From the IMG/VR virus record IMGVR_UViG_3300009506_000022, positions 1 to 64,000 of that record: a stretch of DNA of 64,000 nt; one strand, written 5' to 3'. Both the position numbers and the translations under genes were made by a program. Below, in pieces: positions 29,374 through 41,237 of the stretch (positions within the stretch are counted from its first letter, which is position 1; every line of letters begins with the position of its first letter). Origin of the DNA: a virus. The notes under the pieces are model-generated. The model was not told the DNA's origin. It ran no database searches and was given only the letters and a program-made list of their open reading frames with translations.

Positions 29374-30161
29374 TGGAGAACCTGATGATAGATTATAGCA
29401 AAGATGAATTTGAGGAAACAATAACTGAGTTTACTCATGAGATTCGGATTCGGTTTCCAAATCGAACAAACGAAAAGCCACTACACGAGCTATATCGTGG
29501 GAGTTCTGCTTTTATTCGCAAAACGGCATTTATATTGGCTTATGCCGCTGGGATTGTGGAACAAAACGGTTGTTTTGGGATTCATAACACGCTTTTAGCG
29601 CTTATAAAGAAGATTGAATCAAAAGTAAAGGGACAGAACTGATGCTATCTGGAGACGAAAAAAAGAGGTTGAGGTTCTGTTTGAACTCTTGTGATACTTA
29701 CGAGAAGCTAAGAGAACTTTGTTATCACATCGTTTCTATGCTTGAGGAGAGTATGCAAGAACACGGTGGATGTACCAACTACGAAGTTTTGGTTTTGTTA
29801 GATTGTGGGTGGCGCGCTTTCTACCAAGGTACTCGTGGTGAATGTATCGCGTACATGGAAGCGATCAAGCTGTTTGGTAAGTGTCAACAAGAAGTTCGTA
29901 TTGGGGTAGGCGACTGTTTCTGTTATCCAGAGGAATATTTTTTGGAACCGATTCCAGGAAGAGGTGAGCATGAAAGATCTAAGCGACAAACAGCGTAGGA
30001 TGTGTGAACGCTGTTGCTTTCTGTCTCCAGAATGCTTTCCAAGAGGTAAGTTGATCGATTGTATGGGAGACAAACACCGAAGCAGTTTTATTAGAGGTAA
30101 TGGATTCGCGCCGCTGCCAAAGAGGGAACGATTCAAAGAAATGAACGAGGATATATAAAAC

Positions 30162-30764
30162 ATGAGCGCGTGGTGGGAGAAATACAAAGTTGATGTTCCA
30201 GAGGGTAAATCTGGAGATTGGGCGATAAGTCGTTTTGAGATCACAAAAAAACAGGAAGAGATGTATGTGCTTCGTTCGCTATTTCATCGAGTGAATCGAG
30301 CTGTTGATGCTGGAATCTATACTAAGCTTACGTTCAACAACGCGATAATAATGTCTGACACAAAGCCAGAGATCAAAGACCATATTGATTTTATAAATAA
30401 GGCGAAAGGTAACGTTCTCATTCATGGTCTTGGATTGGGAATGGTTGCACGAGCTTGTTTGATAAAACTTGAAGTTCTTAGTGTTACGATAGTTGAAATA
30501 GAAGAAGATGTGATAAAGCTTGTATCTCCTTGGTTACATGAGAACGCGCAAAACAGCGGCGTTCGTTTAGAGATCATTAATGGTGACGCCTATACATATA
30601 AGATCCCACAAAAAATAAGATGGGATGTCGTATGGCATGATATCTGGCCAGATATTTGTGGTGATAACTATGACGGTATGAAGAGACTACACCGAAGATT
30701 TGGAAAGAAATGCGATTTCCAAGACTCGTGGTGTAGAAACCTCGTAAAGAAACTGCGAGATTGA
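30162..30764 (+). CDS. class I SAM-dependent transferase, spermidine-synthase-like
   Basis: MSDT..E, GNVLIHGLGLG, VTIVEIEEDVI.LV, GDAY, WDVVWHDIW. Confidence 0.8.
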   Translation: MSAWWEKYKVDVPEGKSGDWAISRFEITKKQEEMYVLRSLFHRVNRAVDAGIYTKLTFNNAIIMSDTKPEIKDHIDFINKAKGNVLIHGLGLGMVARACLIKLEVLSVTIVEIEEDVIKLVSPWLHENAQNSGVRLEIINGDAYTYKIPQKIRWDVVWHDIWPDICGDNYDGMKRLHRRFGKKCDFQDSWCRNLVKKLRD

Positions 30765-30776
30765 AAAGGAGTTGTT

Positions 30777-31409
30777 ATGGAATCTAGGTTAAAACCTGTT
30801 GAGAAAGGATATCTTTCGAGGCGTACATGGAGCGAATTTCGAAAGTGTGGCCTAATATGGTGGATAAATCGATTTCTCCATCTGTTCGGTTGGGCAATAG
30901 TTCTTGAAATCGATGAGGATGATTCTATACGAGAGGTGTATCCCGCAAGAACTCGCTTTAGAGGGTTTGATGAAGAAACTGAAACCGCTGGATTCAAGAT
31001 GTTATCGAAGTACTTACAGCGTGTTGGCGATCAACTTGTTGATGACTGCGAGTTTGAAAGTGAGCATATAAATCTTGCTTGTGATAAACAAGGGTTCCCA
31101 AAAAGGAAACATAACATGTTGAGCGTAAACGATATGTTGGAATATGCTTTAAGCGACATTGATTGGAAGCTATGGGATGCGCCGCCAGAATGTATTGCGG
31201 AAGCTTTAGAAAAGCATTTAGTAATAACTTTTGATGATGCCAAGAAAAGGAGCGATTTGTGTGTTGGGCGCATGAGCGATGTTGGTTGGTTTATTGTAAA
31301 AACAGATGGTTTGGAACCAACCATAGTTTGGATAGAGGATAAAGAATCGCATAACTACAAACACACGATTTCACTTGATGGAAAAGTAGTTTTTTTCGAT
31401 TTAGAATAG
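30777..31409 (+). CDS. two-domain hypothetical protein
   Basis: N-terminal W.EFR..GL.W.IN..LH.FGWAI..PAR..FRGF module plus C-terminal domain paralogous to 25571-25858. Confidence 0.7.
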   Translation: MESRLKPVEKGYLSRRTWSEFRKCGLIWWINRFLHLFGWAIVLEIDEDDSIREVYPARTRFRGFDEETETAGFKMLSKYLQRVGDQLVDDCEFESEHINLACDKQGFPKRKHNMLSVNDMLEYALSDIDWKLWDAPPECIAEALEKHLVITFDDAKKRSDLCVGRMSDVGWFIVKTDGLEPTIVWIEDKESHNYKHTISLDGKVVFFDLE

Positions 31410-31706
31410 GATAAATAAAATGTGTAAATCTCTAGAACAATCAGGAAGGTTTCCGCTTATTGGCGGTAGCTCGATATCGTGGGAAGCCGCAAAGAAAGCG
31501 CACCGTTTTTATGTTTCTCTATATGGGAACGTTCAGACGCTAGAAGAGATTGCTGGACGTGGCGGGTTTCACATCTTTGAATTCTGTATCTTTTATTTGG
31601 GACTTCCTCCATTCAAAAGCAGAAACGAGAAGAAGCAGCATGAAATCGTTGCTCGTGTAGCATCGATGCTTGGCGACCAGTGGCGTTTCGATAGGGAATA
31701 TAACGA

Positions 31707-32033
31707 ATGAAAACGGTTGCGATTGAAAGCCCATACAAAGGAGATGTTGAGAGGAATCTAAAATATCTCGATGAGTGTATTTTATATTGTATAAAAAATG
31801 GAATGACGCCATATGCAAGCCATAAAATGTTGACAACAGCTCTTGATGATAACCAGAAGTGCGAAAGAACGCTTGGGATCGTGGCTGGATTACATATGTC
31901 AACCAGGATGGACGAAAGAATATTCTTTATTGATTACGGCTTTTCAGATGGAATGTTAGCGGCCAGAAAAGAATATGACATTCGTGGTTTGTCGTATCGA
32001 GTCGTAAAGATACGACAGAAAGAGGAAAAATGA
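31707..32033 (+). CDS. nucleoside-deoxyribosyltransferase-like fold phage protein
   Basis: VAIESPYKGDVERN..Y...C.......PYASH...LDD....ER..GI..G, D.G.S.GM. Confidence 0.65.
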   Translation: MKTVAIESPYKGDVERNLKYLDECILYCIKNGMTPYASHKMLTTALDDNQKCERTLGIVAGLHMSTRMDERIFFIDYGFSDGMLAARKEYDIRGLSYRVVKIRQKEEK

Positions 32034-32230
32034 AACGAGGAATAAAAAAATCAGGAGTTTGTGGGCTTCAGAAGTTCTTCAAGGTTTCTGAGGTTTCAAC
32101 ACGATGGGGAGTAAGTGAATCAACGATAAGAAGAATGATCGAACGTGGCGAACTTGCAATAACTCGATTTGGAAACTTGGTTAGGATTTCTATTGAGGAA
32201 ATCAGAAAGCACGAGGAAGCAGATGTATAA
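32030..32230 (+). CDS. excisionase-like HTH DNA-binding protein
   Basis: V.EV...WGVS.STIRRMI.RGEL...RFG..VRI. Confidence 0.8.
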   Translation: MKRGIKKSGVCGLQKFFKVSEVSTRWGVSESTIRRMIERGELAITRFGNLVRISIEEIRKHEEADV

Positions 32231-33164
32231 GTGTTGTAAATCATGTGTGAATCCGAGATGCGAGTATCACGGTAAAGAAGGACCGCAAGACTTTATTTGC
32301 AAGCAACACATGAGAGTTGCGCAACAAGCCGAGTTTATGCCCGATGGAAGTTGTCGGATGGTTCCAATGAAGACAGAGGAGAATTCGCTTATCTTCAAGA
32401 AGATTCTTGCTGATCTTGCCAAGAACGCTTCTTTCTCTCCAGGTTATCGTTATTGCGGCAATTGGGAGCATCCAGATATAGATATTCCACTGCCAGAGGA
32501 ACATGGATATAAAGAATTAATGACGCTTGGCGATAAGAGCAAAATGCGTTTTATATGGTCAAAAGGACTTAGCTTTGCAGAATTTACAAAGAGGTTCGAA
32601 AAGTCGCTGGTTCGAGATATTTACTCTATGAGTTATAAAACTGATATCGATATTGAAGAAATGCCACTGATAACAGAGCGCGATTTGTTTGAATTAGAAA
32701 CAGAGCGCGTATTTGAATCGAGTTTTGCCAAGAAGTTTGGAATTGAATTGAAGCCTCATCAGGAGTTATTACTTGATGATAAACGTTTTATTTCAGTTAT
32801 TGCAAACTGCAAGATTGATGCTTGTGTTTCGTTTCTAAATACTGGCTGTTTTACTTGGGAATTGAAACCTCGTTGGAAATATGTTTTGGATTTTGATTTT
32901 GACATAGAAGGCGAGTCTTATGAAATCAGAGTTGTTGAATCTGAATGTGAAGGCCATAAATTCGATCTTGTTTATGACGAGGAATTTGAGGGTGATTGTA
33001 AGCGTTCTTTGCAATTTATAACTCATGGCAGTTTGTATCGAACAAGAGTTTTTGTTTTACTGTGGCCAAAGAAGCCAGTTTTTATAAATGAAGCAAGGCT
33101 ATCTTGGAATAAACAAAACAAACGGAAGTTTGAAAACTGGAAGTCGTTGGAGAAGAGTCTATGA
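32223..33164 (+). CDS. hypothetical protein
   Basis: Long ORF, Cys-rich N-terminus. Confidence 0.6.
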   Translation: MYKCCKSCVNPRCEYHGKEGPQDFICKQHMRVAQQAEFMPDGSCRMVPMKTEENSLIFKKILADLAKNASFSPGYRYCGNWEHPDIDIPLPEEHGYKELMTLGDKSKMRFIWSKGLSFAEFTKRFEKSLVRDIYSMSYKTDIDIEEMPLITERDLFELETERVFESSFAKKFGIELKPHQELLLDDKRFISVIANCKIDACVSFLNTGCFTWELKPRWKYVLDFDFDIEGESYEIRVVESECEGHKFDLVYDEEFEGDCKRSLQFITHGSLYRTRVFVLLWPKKPVFINEARLSWNKQNKRKFENWKSLEKSL

Positions 33165-33437
33165 ACGAAGTGGAGCGTGAGAAGATAATTTCAAGTTTGA
33201 TCGATTTGGTAAACAGAGTCGAAGGGCTTCAAAACATTGCGAGAAAAAACGGAGAGAAGTTTGATAATCTGACTCGAGCTATCGATGCTCTTTCTGATGC
33301 GATCCGAGATACAGGAAACAATATTTCTCAAACGATTTCAAATGGTTTTGAATATATTTATATCAGGATGTTGCAAAGATAGACGGTTTCAGAAAGGTAA
33401 GCAAGAACACAAAAAATGATGCTACAAGAAACTTGAT

Positions 33438-33465
33438 TTGACACTTTGTTGTGAATCGTTATTAT
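33438..33465 (+). promoter_or_regulatory. putative sigma70-like promoter
   Basis: TTGACA-N16-TATTAT in an intergenic gap. Confidence 0.5.
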
Positions 33466-33962
33466 AGGGGTATGCGAGGATGCTATGGAACACAAACAAA
33501 AATGGAGAGCTCGAAAGGGAGCTGAGATTTTTGATTTCCGCGAGGATGCTCTCGCGCGTGTTCTGCTTGATGAAGGCTGGGAGGTTTGGGAGCTCGAGAG
33601 TAACGAGCAACCACGGGTTCCTTGCCAATCTGGCGTGTTTCAGATCGATATCAAAAAGCAACTCTAATCGATTCATAGACGGTTTTCTATTCATTTATTG
33701 ATTTTATGAATCAAATGGAGGTTATGTTATGGGAATGATACATATATCAATCAAAGGTAGTTTTCAGCCAAACGAGGAAAAAAAATTTTTTGCTGTTGAA
33801 AACGGTCATGCTTCTGCAATCGCAGAAGCAATAAAATGGTTGGCGGGTGTTGTGTTACAAAAAGCTATTCGTCGAGATCATGATTTGCATGAAAGAGGAG
33901 TTAAGCCAAGCGGTCCATTTGGTAAGGTAGAATAACATTTATTGTTTCTTTCGATATAGAGG

Positions 33963-34358
33963 GTGTTGATGCCTGTATATTTGAAATATCGTGGGATTAG
34001 TATTGGGCCATTTTTGGATGGAACACCATATGAGGAATATCTTAAGTGGTGGAACCCGTTTTTCAAAAAAGCTAAAGAAGATAAGTTTGTTGCTGAGAAA
34101 CAAAAAAGAGTTGGTAGCGTAACCTTCGATGAGCGCGATTTGTTGGCTTGCAAAAGAATTGTTCTAGAGTTTTTTTCTCAATGCGTTGTTATCTCCAAAG
34201 ACGTAAGTCCTTATGATAAAACTTATATTTATTGTTTGTATTCGATGTGGTTTGATTCGCTTCCTTCTGTTCGAGATATGAACCTAGAGGATATTCCTGA
34301 ATACGAATGGTTTATTGGTTCTCGTAATGGCGGTCTTATCTGTATGAGGGTGAAATGA
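33963..34358 (+). CDS. hypothetical protein (paralog of 16083-16382)
   Basis: Shared motif pattern ending IPEY.W. Confidence 0.6.
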   Translation: MLMPVYLKYRGISIGPFLDGTPYEEYLKWWNPFFKKAKEDKFVAEKQKRVGSVTFDERDLLACKRIVLEFFSQCVVISKDVSPYDKTYIYCLYSMWFDSLPSVRDMNLEDIPEYEWFIGSRNGGLICMRVK

Positions 34359-34987
34359 GGTTGCAAATAAAAAACTGCAAAGCTTGTCCTTTGTTGGGAC
34401 AAGAACTGAATAAAGATGGCGTTATTTCGGTGTGGTGTAATCATCCGAGAACTGCGCAAAAAAAGTATGATAAATATGTGATAGGGGGAAATGTTTTTAG
34501 AGGATTTCGAATTGGAGTGCGCAAGCCGCCAAAACAATGTCCATTGTATTATTGTGAGCTCGAGCTGTGTGTGAATAGATAATAAAGGTTCAAGGAAATG
34601 ACAAATAAAGCAGAAATAGCAAAATGGTTGAAAGGTGGTGCTAAGAGATGCGATTCTTCTCTTAGAGTTGGTAAATGTGATATTTGCGGGAAAGCGATTA
34701 TTAGAGGAAACTATTATTTCTCTCAATCAAGCGGCGTTGCTCACATGGATTGTGTTTTATCTGAGGATGTGATGCAAGAGCTAGAGATAGAACGCGGTGT
34801 GCGAAATGTGTAATCCTACCGATAGGTGGCTTTGTTTTGATGCTGCCTGGAAAAAACAAATGAGTTGGCAGGGATATCCTGAAAACTGGAGACCAAACAA
34901 TAATTTGTTGAAGCGAGCCAATCAAGCCTAGCTTCTAAATCTCCCCCCCGGGAAGCGCTTGATTGGCTCGCTTGAGCGAGGAGTCTT

Positions 34988-35494
34988 ATGGAAAGAAATG
35001 CTGTTATCTCTATGTGTGGAAAATATCGCTATTGGTTATCTCGAAAATGGGATGATATTAACGATAACGAAATGGTTTGTTGGGTGATGTTGAATCCAAG
35101 TATTGCAGATGGAAATGTTGACGATCCAACAATCAGGAAATGTATTGGGTTCAGCAAACAAATAGGATCTGGCGGACTTCAGGTTGTAAATCTTTTTGCG
35201 TATCGAGCGACGAATCCAAGAGAACTTTTGAATGTTCGCGATCCAGTTGGTGTACAGAACTGTAGATGGTTGCGAGATATTCTTCTCAAAAGCAACAAGG
35301 TTATTTTTGCATGGGGTTCTAATGGAGGAAAGAAAAAGCTTATAGATGTAGGTCCTCTTATTTTAATAAACAACATAGTTTTGTTACAAAACATGCAAGA
35401 AAAATTTTTTCGTTTTGGTCTTACCAAAAACGGTCAACCACTTCATCCGCTTATGTTGCCGTATAGTAGCAAACTAGAGAGGGTTTATGAGTGA
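34988..35494 (+). CDS. DUF1643 family protein
   Basis: CGKYRYWLSRKW, MLNPSIAD...DDPTIRKC, VNLFAYRAT.P, AWG, G.P.HPL. Confidence 0.92.
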   Translation: MERNAVISMCGKYRYWLSRKWDDINDNEMVCWVMLNPSIADGNVDDPTIRKCIGFSKQIGSGGLQVVNLFAYRATNPRELLNVRDPVGVQNCRWLRDILLKSNKVIFAWGSNGGKKKLIDVGPLILINNIVLLQNMQEKFFRFGLTKNGQPLHPLMLPYSSKLERVYE

Positions 35495-37457
35495 ACTTAT
35501 AGAAGGGTTAAACGACAGACAACAAGAAGTTGTTTATCATGATCAAGGACCAATACTTGTTGGAGCTGGCGCTGGTAGTGGGAAAACGCAAGTCTTGATT
35601 AGAAGAGTCGGATATCTCGTTATAGAAAGAGATGTTGATCCGACTAGGATTCTTGCTGTGACTTTCAGCAAAAGTGGCGCTGAGGAAATGCAAGAACGAC
35701 TTGATTCTCTTATTGGAGAGAGTGGAGCCAGGATTGGAACATTTCATTCTTTAGCATATGAGATCATCAAACACGAAAATTCAGAATATCGAACATGGAT
35801 TGTTGATGACAAAAATAGATATCGTGTTTGTATCAAGGAAGCCGTTGGTTATAAAGGAATCAAATGGAACAATGCAGATGTCAATATTCTGGAGCGTTTT
35901 ATTGAAATCTGTAAAGCTTATGGTGCGCGACCTGGTTCAGCGAAAGCTTTAGAGATAGCACGAAGTTTTGCAAAAAAGAAGCCTAGCTTATCTACGATTC
36001 CGGTAAAAATGATTATGGCTTATGATGAAGCGGAAGGGATTCGAGAATCTAAGCGTCTCATTTGTTTTGACGACATGTTGCTGGAAGCCGTTGAGTTGCT
36101 CACGAACAAGCTTATTTGTAAACATTGGGCGAATAAATACGACTACATTTTACAAGATGAAGCTCAAGATCAAAACTGGTGTCAGTTTCAAATAGGCGAG
36201 CTTCTTGCCAAAGAACATCGCAACTACATGCTGGTTGGCGATCCTTGTCAAACCATATACTCATTTCGTGGTGTTGAGGTAAAGAGATTTTTTGAGCTAA
36301 GAGATCGATGGAATGCAAAGTTCATTTCGATGAACCGAAATTATCGAAGTGGACAATCGATTATTTCTAGTGCCAATTCGTTGTTGCGAAACATGGATCC
36401 TAAAATAGCCTTGAGCGAAATGGTTTGTGAACGATCTGTTGATAGCGAAGTTTCGGTTGTTAGTTACGCAACGCTGGACGAAGAAGGAAACGGCATTGCG
36501 AATCAGATCAAACAGTTGTTGAGTGATGGAGAACAACCTAAGAATATTGCTGTGTTGTATCGCACCAACGCGCAGTCTAGAGCACCAGAGGAATCGTTGA
36601 TTTCTGCTGGTGTTCCATATCAAGTCATAGGGAGTATAAACTTCTATGAACGTAAAGAGGTCAAACATCTTCTATCTTATTTGAGATTAGCGGCTCTTAG
36701 GGGTAGTTTCCAAGATGTTGCTGGTTCAATAAATAGTCCATTTCGATTTCTTGGGAAGAAGTTTCTTGAAAGGGTAGAGAAGGCATCATCGAAAGGCAAA
36801 AAGATAGCTGATTGGCCAGGTCTTGTTCAAGACGTTTGCAAACAGGCTGGCCTTCAATACAGGCAGAAACAGAGCGCTGAAGAATGGATCGATTTAGTTC
36901 GTGAGATGACGGCTCGAGCGATAATAAATCAAACAGAAGAGTGTACGCCAGAGGATTTAGAAGAAGCGAAACCAGCTTCGATCCTTTCCGATATTGTACG
37001 CGAAACAAAATATAAAGAATGGCTGAAACAAGAAGAGGGCGATGAGACTCCAGACAACAGTAGGGTTTCGAATGTCATGGAGATGATTCGCGCCGCAAGC
37101 CGCTTCGATACTGTTGACGCTCTTTTGGATTATGTCGATATGACACTAGAGGCTTCAAAGACCAGTTCTAAAAACGGCGGAGGACCAAACAAAGTTACGT
37201 TGTGTTCGATCCATCGTTCGAAGGGTTTGGAATGGGCGAATGTTTTTATCGCTGGAGTATGCGAAAAGATTCTTCCTCATGGTAGATGCGAAGATATTGA
37301 AGAGGAACGTAGGATTTTTTACGTTGGGATTACGAGAGCTCAAGAGCGGTTGGCGATAAGCGCTGTAAGAAAGATTGCCGTTGGGGGAGACATGATAGAG
37401 GTTGAACCGAGTCGATTCATCAAAGAGATCGGTGGCGAAATAAAACAAGAAGGGTGA
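35487..37457 (+). CDS. uvrD: UvrD/PcrA/Rep SF1 helicase
   Basis: AGAGSGKT, TFSK, TFHS, DEAQD, VGDPCQTIYSFRG, NYRS, YRTNAQS, SIHRSKGLEW, EERRIFYVGITRA. Confidence 0.96.
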   Translation: MSELIEGLNDRQQEVVYHDQGPILVGAGAGSGKTQVLIRRVGYLVIERDVDPTRILAVTFSKSGAEEMQERLDSLIGESGARIGTFHSLAYEIIKHENSEYRTWIVDDKNRYRVCIKEAVGYKGIKWNNADVNILERFIEICKAYGARPGSAKALEIARSFAKKKPSLSTIPVKMIMAYDEAEGIRESKRLICFDDMLLEAVELLTNKLICKHWANKYDYILQDEAQDQNWCQFQIGELLAKEHRNYMLVGDPCQTIYSFRGVEVKRFFELRDRWNAKFISMNRNYRSGQSIISSANSLLRNMDPKIALSEMVCERSVDSEVSVVSYATLDEEGNGIANQIKQLLSDGEQPKNIAVLYRTNAQSRAPEESLISAGVPYQVIGSINFYERKEVKHLLSYLRLAALRGSFQDVAGSINSPFRFLGKKFLERVEKASSKGKKIADWPGLVQDVCKQAGLQYRQKQSAEEWIDLVREMTARAIINQTEECTPEDLEEAKPASILSDIVRETKYKEWLKQEEGDETPDNSRVSNVMEMIRAASRFDTVDALLDYVDMTLEASKTSSKNGGGPNKVTLCSIHRSKGLEWANVFIAGVCEKILPHGRCEDIEEERRIFYVGITRAQERLAISAVRKIAVGGDMIEVEPSRFIKEIGGEIKQEG

Positions 37458-39041
37458 AAGCTGTATGAGAGAAAAACTAAAGAAGCGTGTCAGAGATGCT
37501 GTTATGGCTTGTGCTGGTAGGATGAAAGCCAAAAGGCTTTATTTAGAATTTGAGAGAGCCAGCGATGCTCCAACGGCAAGGATGAAAGAATCCGATATCA
37601 AGAAGGTTCTTGATGCCATGATGTCTACATCGAAAGGAAGAATCAAACTTTTTATGTTGGCCTATCTTGGCTTGCAGGTTTGCGATAACGAGATTCAAAA
37701 ATTGGAACGAGGAAGCGACAATCTCCTGATGGGAGATTGAGAAAGGAAAATATAGATATGTCAAATGACGCAAGAGAAATGATGAAACCGTTATCTACAG
37801 ATGAGGTTCGCAATCTGTTGACATCAACTCTTCATGGATCACCTCCACACAAAACGCTGATGAGAATCTTTGCAACTCTTGCGGCGTGGTCGTCTTTGGA
37901 GGAAAACGAACGTGTTGTTTTTGAAGCGATTCAGTCTATTTGTGAATCGTTGAAGCATGCTCATCAAGGTTCTGAAATGATGCTTCAACAAATAGAACGA
38001 AAGGATTATAAGGCGCTTCTAGAAACCGGCAAGGCAGCGAAAGCGGCAATGAGTGAACTTGTTCGAGTGACAGCCGAACTTTTGAAATTGAGACAGAAAA
38101 GTTGATGGATAAACCTACATATCTGATCTCTCTGTTTGGGTGGGAGGGGTTCTGGCCGCTTTTTCTGAAAGATGATTACGAGGAAGCAAAACGGATTGTC
38201 GAAGATGTTGTCAAAAAGCAAGGTGTTCCAGAGGATACAGTTGGCTATTGCGTTACATGTTTTGATCGTAGCGATATTGCGCTTGGCGATATCTTTTATC
38301 AATGCAAAGAGGATCCTTCAGAAAACCCAGATTGGAGAAAGCCTGGTTGTTCTCAATGGGAATGGGATTCGGTTCCTTATCATTCTCGTCCTCGAGAAGA
38401 ATGCACTTGGTGGCGCTCTTTTGTTGTGGATGCTAAAATAGATATTGAGGAAAAATAATGAGTTGTCTGAAGCAATGGAAGGTTGGGCGTCGTGTTCTTG
38501 GTTTGATGGCAAGTGGGGTGGTTGTTATCGCAGAACGGAGAGATGGGGGTGGTTTTCCAGATGAGCAATTTACACTTGCGAGTGGACTTCCAGGTTTGAT
38601 TGCAATACGGGATACGTTGAATGAAGTTATAGACGAGATAAAATCTCGTAGAAAACAAAAGGAGTAGTCATGGTAGAGATATTCATAAACAGGTTGGTTC
38701 AGAAGATAAACATGTTGAACCTTTTTTTGGTGAACAACGTAGTTGTTGAGCAAGACGAAGATATTCCAACAATTATCATTATCAAGGTGTATCTTTCGAA
38801 GTGGGGATATTTTTTCTTCGGATTGATACAGTGGTTTGTGAAAAGGAAGCTTGCTGCGGTTGCTTTAGATCTTCCTGAAGATTTTCAGGTTACCATCGAA
38901 GCGACCTATCAATCCCCAAAGAAATGAGGCGATTGGTTACATCGAACTCTTTTACACGTAGTCAAGTTCGTTTGATTGTTAGATTGTTTAATGCGTTACT
39001 TCAAGGTCGCGATGTAACGTTTTACTTTCGAAGTCCAGATT

Positions 39042-39347
39042 TTGGCGCCGTGTTTGAAAAGTTCAAAACGATGTATGATAAGTGGGAAGAAAACGAAAGA
39101 AAGAAGTTTGCCAAAAGAAAAAATAAAAATATCCATAATATTAGGGCAAAGGATGAAAACCCTAAGGAACCGCAAGGGGTTGACAGCTTACCAACTTGCG
39201 AGAATGACAGGGATATCTAGGGATGACATATCTAGAATGGAAAATGGATGGGTATGTCCTACTATAAATAAGTTATATAAAGTGTCTATTGCCCTTTGTG
39301 TTCCGATATCTGAGATTGTTTGTGTGCTTGAAGGGATTGAACTGTGA
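39042..39347 (+). CDS. XRE-family HTH regulator (true start probably downstream)
   Basis: LG..MK.LR..KGLT..QLA..TGIS...IS..ENG...P....L..VS.AL.V. Confidence 0.8.
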   Translation: MAPCLKSSKRCMISGKKTKERSLPKEKIKISIILGQRMKTLRNRKGLTAYQLARMTGISRDDISRMENGWVCPTINKLYKVSIALCVPISEIVCVLEGIEL

Positions 39348-39745
39348 AAATAATCATTGCGGGAATCAGAACTTTAACTGATTATTCTATCGTTTGTCGC
39401 GCTGTTGAAATCAGTGGGCTCAAAATCTCTATGGTTGTGAGTGGTTTGGATGACGAGATAGAAAAAAGGAGCGTTCAAGGATTTAGAATTAGAGGCGTTG
39501 ACGCTTTAGGTGTTCGTTGGGCAAAACAACACAAGATTCCTTTTATTGTTTTTCCTCCCAATTGGAATCGATATGGAAAACGAGCTGGACCAAAGAGAAA
39601 CAGAGAGATGGCGGTTTACGCCAACGGCTTGATTGCTATTTGGAACGGTCGAAGCGATGGAACGAAAGATATGATTGATGCGATGTATAACAAAAAGAAA
39701 CCGATATTTGTTTACAGTTTGTCTTGTGACGAACAATTGGTTTGA
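39344..39745 (+). CDS. SLOG-superfamily (DUF2493/YspA-like) protein
   Basis: KIIIAG.R, VVSG, RGVD.LG..WA, W..YGK.AGP.RN.EMA, W.G.S.GT.DMI. Confidence 0.85.
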   Translation: MKIIIAGIRTLTDYSIVCRAVEISGLKISMVVSGLDDEIEKRSVQGFRIRGVDALGVRWAKQHKIPFIVFPPNWNRYGKRAGPKRNREMAVYANGLIAIWNGRSDGTKDMIDAMYNKKKPIFVYSLSCDEQLV

Positions 39746-41237
39746 TCGGAGATATCATGAAAAAGAGGATTCGAGATCTAATCGACAGTGATATATCTTA
39801 TGAAGTTCCAAGACATGTTCTTGGCCATTTTTTGCAGCTTAGCCATTATACGAAGTTTGAGCGGAAGCTTGAACTTGTTTTTCAGAACTATCTTGGTCGA
39901 ACTTTCAACGATTCTACGGTCAATGATTTGGTAGATAGGATTAGAAATATTTGGTCTAGAATGTATATAGAAGGCATGGTCGATTGTCCTGTTGATGAAA
40001 TGCCACTCTATAAAATTGAGTTTGACCATGATCGAAACCTAGTTTTCTCTTGGAATGACGAAGGGGATAGCAATGAAACACACTGAAGGGTTTTGCCATA
40101 TGGAATATAGTTCTGAATGTGGAAAGAAAATTAGCATTTGGAATAGTCGAGATGGCGTTACACCATTTATTTGTTTTATAGAAGGGGTTGAATATAAACA
40201 TTCGAATTGGAATAACGATAAGCAAAACGCTAGTTATATTCCAAGGGTTGGAGACTACCTTTTTGTTGATTCCACTCTTGAAGATTTGATAGACGAACGT
40301 TTTATCTGGTGGGATACTAACGCTAATTCGATAGATTCGTTTGCTGTGAAAACCTTTCATGCTCACTACGGTTATGATCGGAATAAAACGTGTCGCCTTC
40401 TTGCTGAGGAAGATTTAATTCGAAACGGTGAACCTCCACCACATCTTTTGGTGGCAACAAAAGATTTTGTTCGAGGATGGATTTGTCATAAACAAATGCT
40501 TATTACCGCCATGGATAGTATTCAAAAAAAATATAAAATATAAGAAAGTGGTTAAGATGAAGATAATAAACGGAGAACATGATTCAAAAGATAATGAAAG
40601 AGTTCCTTTTTCCACTTTGAAGCCTGGTGACTTTTTTATCCATTCTTCGCGTGTTTTGGTGAAGGTAGATAAAGATATTTATCAAATCGAACATGAAAAA
40701 GAGGATGGTGCATCTCATAGCTTCAAGCTTGTCTCTGCTGTTCGTATTGGTCATATAGATGATCCAGAAGAATCAAGAAAGATTGCTGGAAAAACAAGTA
40801 ACATTGGACAAGACACTAAAGTAAAGTTGGTTGACAATATCGCCGCGATGTATCTAAAAGGGTAGTGATGAAGAAAGCCAAGACGTTGTTTCCTCTTGAT
40901 TGCAAGCCAACTTTTGTTGACTCTATCGAAGTTGGCGATCTCAAGTTATTTGAGAAGACTCTTGGAAACAATGTCTTGAAAAAAAATGATGGGCTTCGAC
41001 CAACCCCTCTTGCAGTAAGGGTCGTTGAAAACAAAGGGGTTCCAAAGAACGTTGCGGTTCTTTGTGATAGCAAGGGGAATGTGATCGTTCAGTGTTGTTT
41101 TTGTGAATCTGAAGAGTGATCTTTTTGAAACAAAAACGGAAACGATTTTTTATAAAAAAAGTGTTGTTATTTAGCTTCTAATCTATATTATTGGCGGCGT
41201 AGTTAGCAGTTCCACAACCAACAAATAGGAGGAATCG

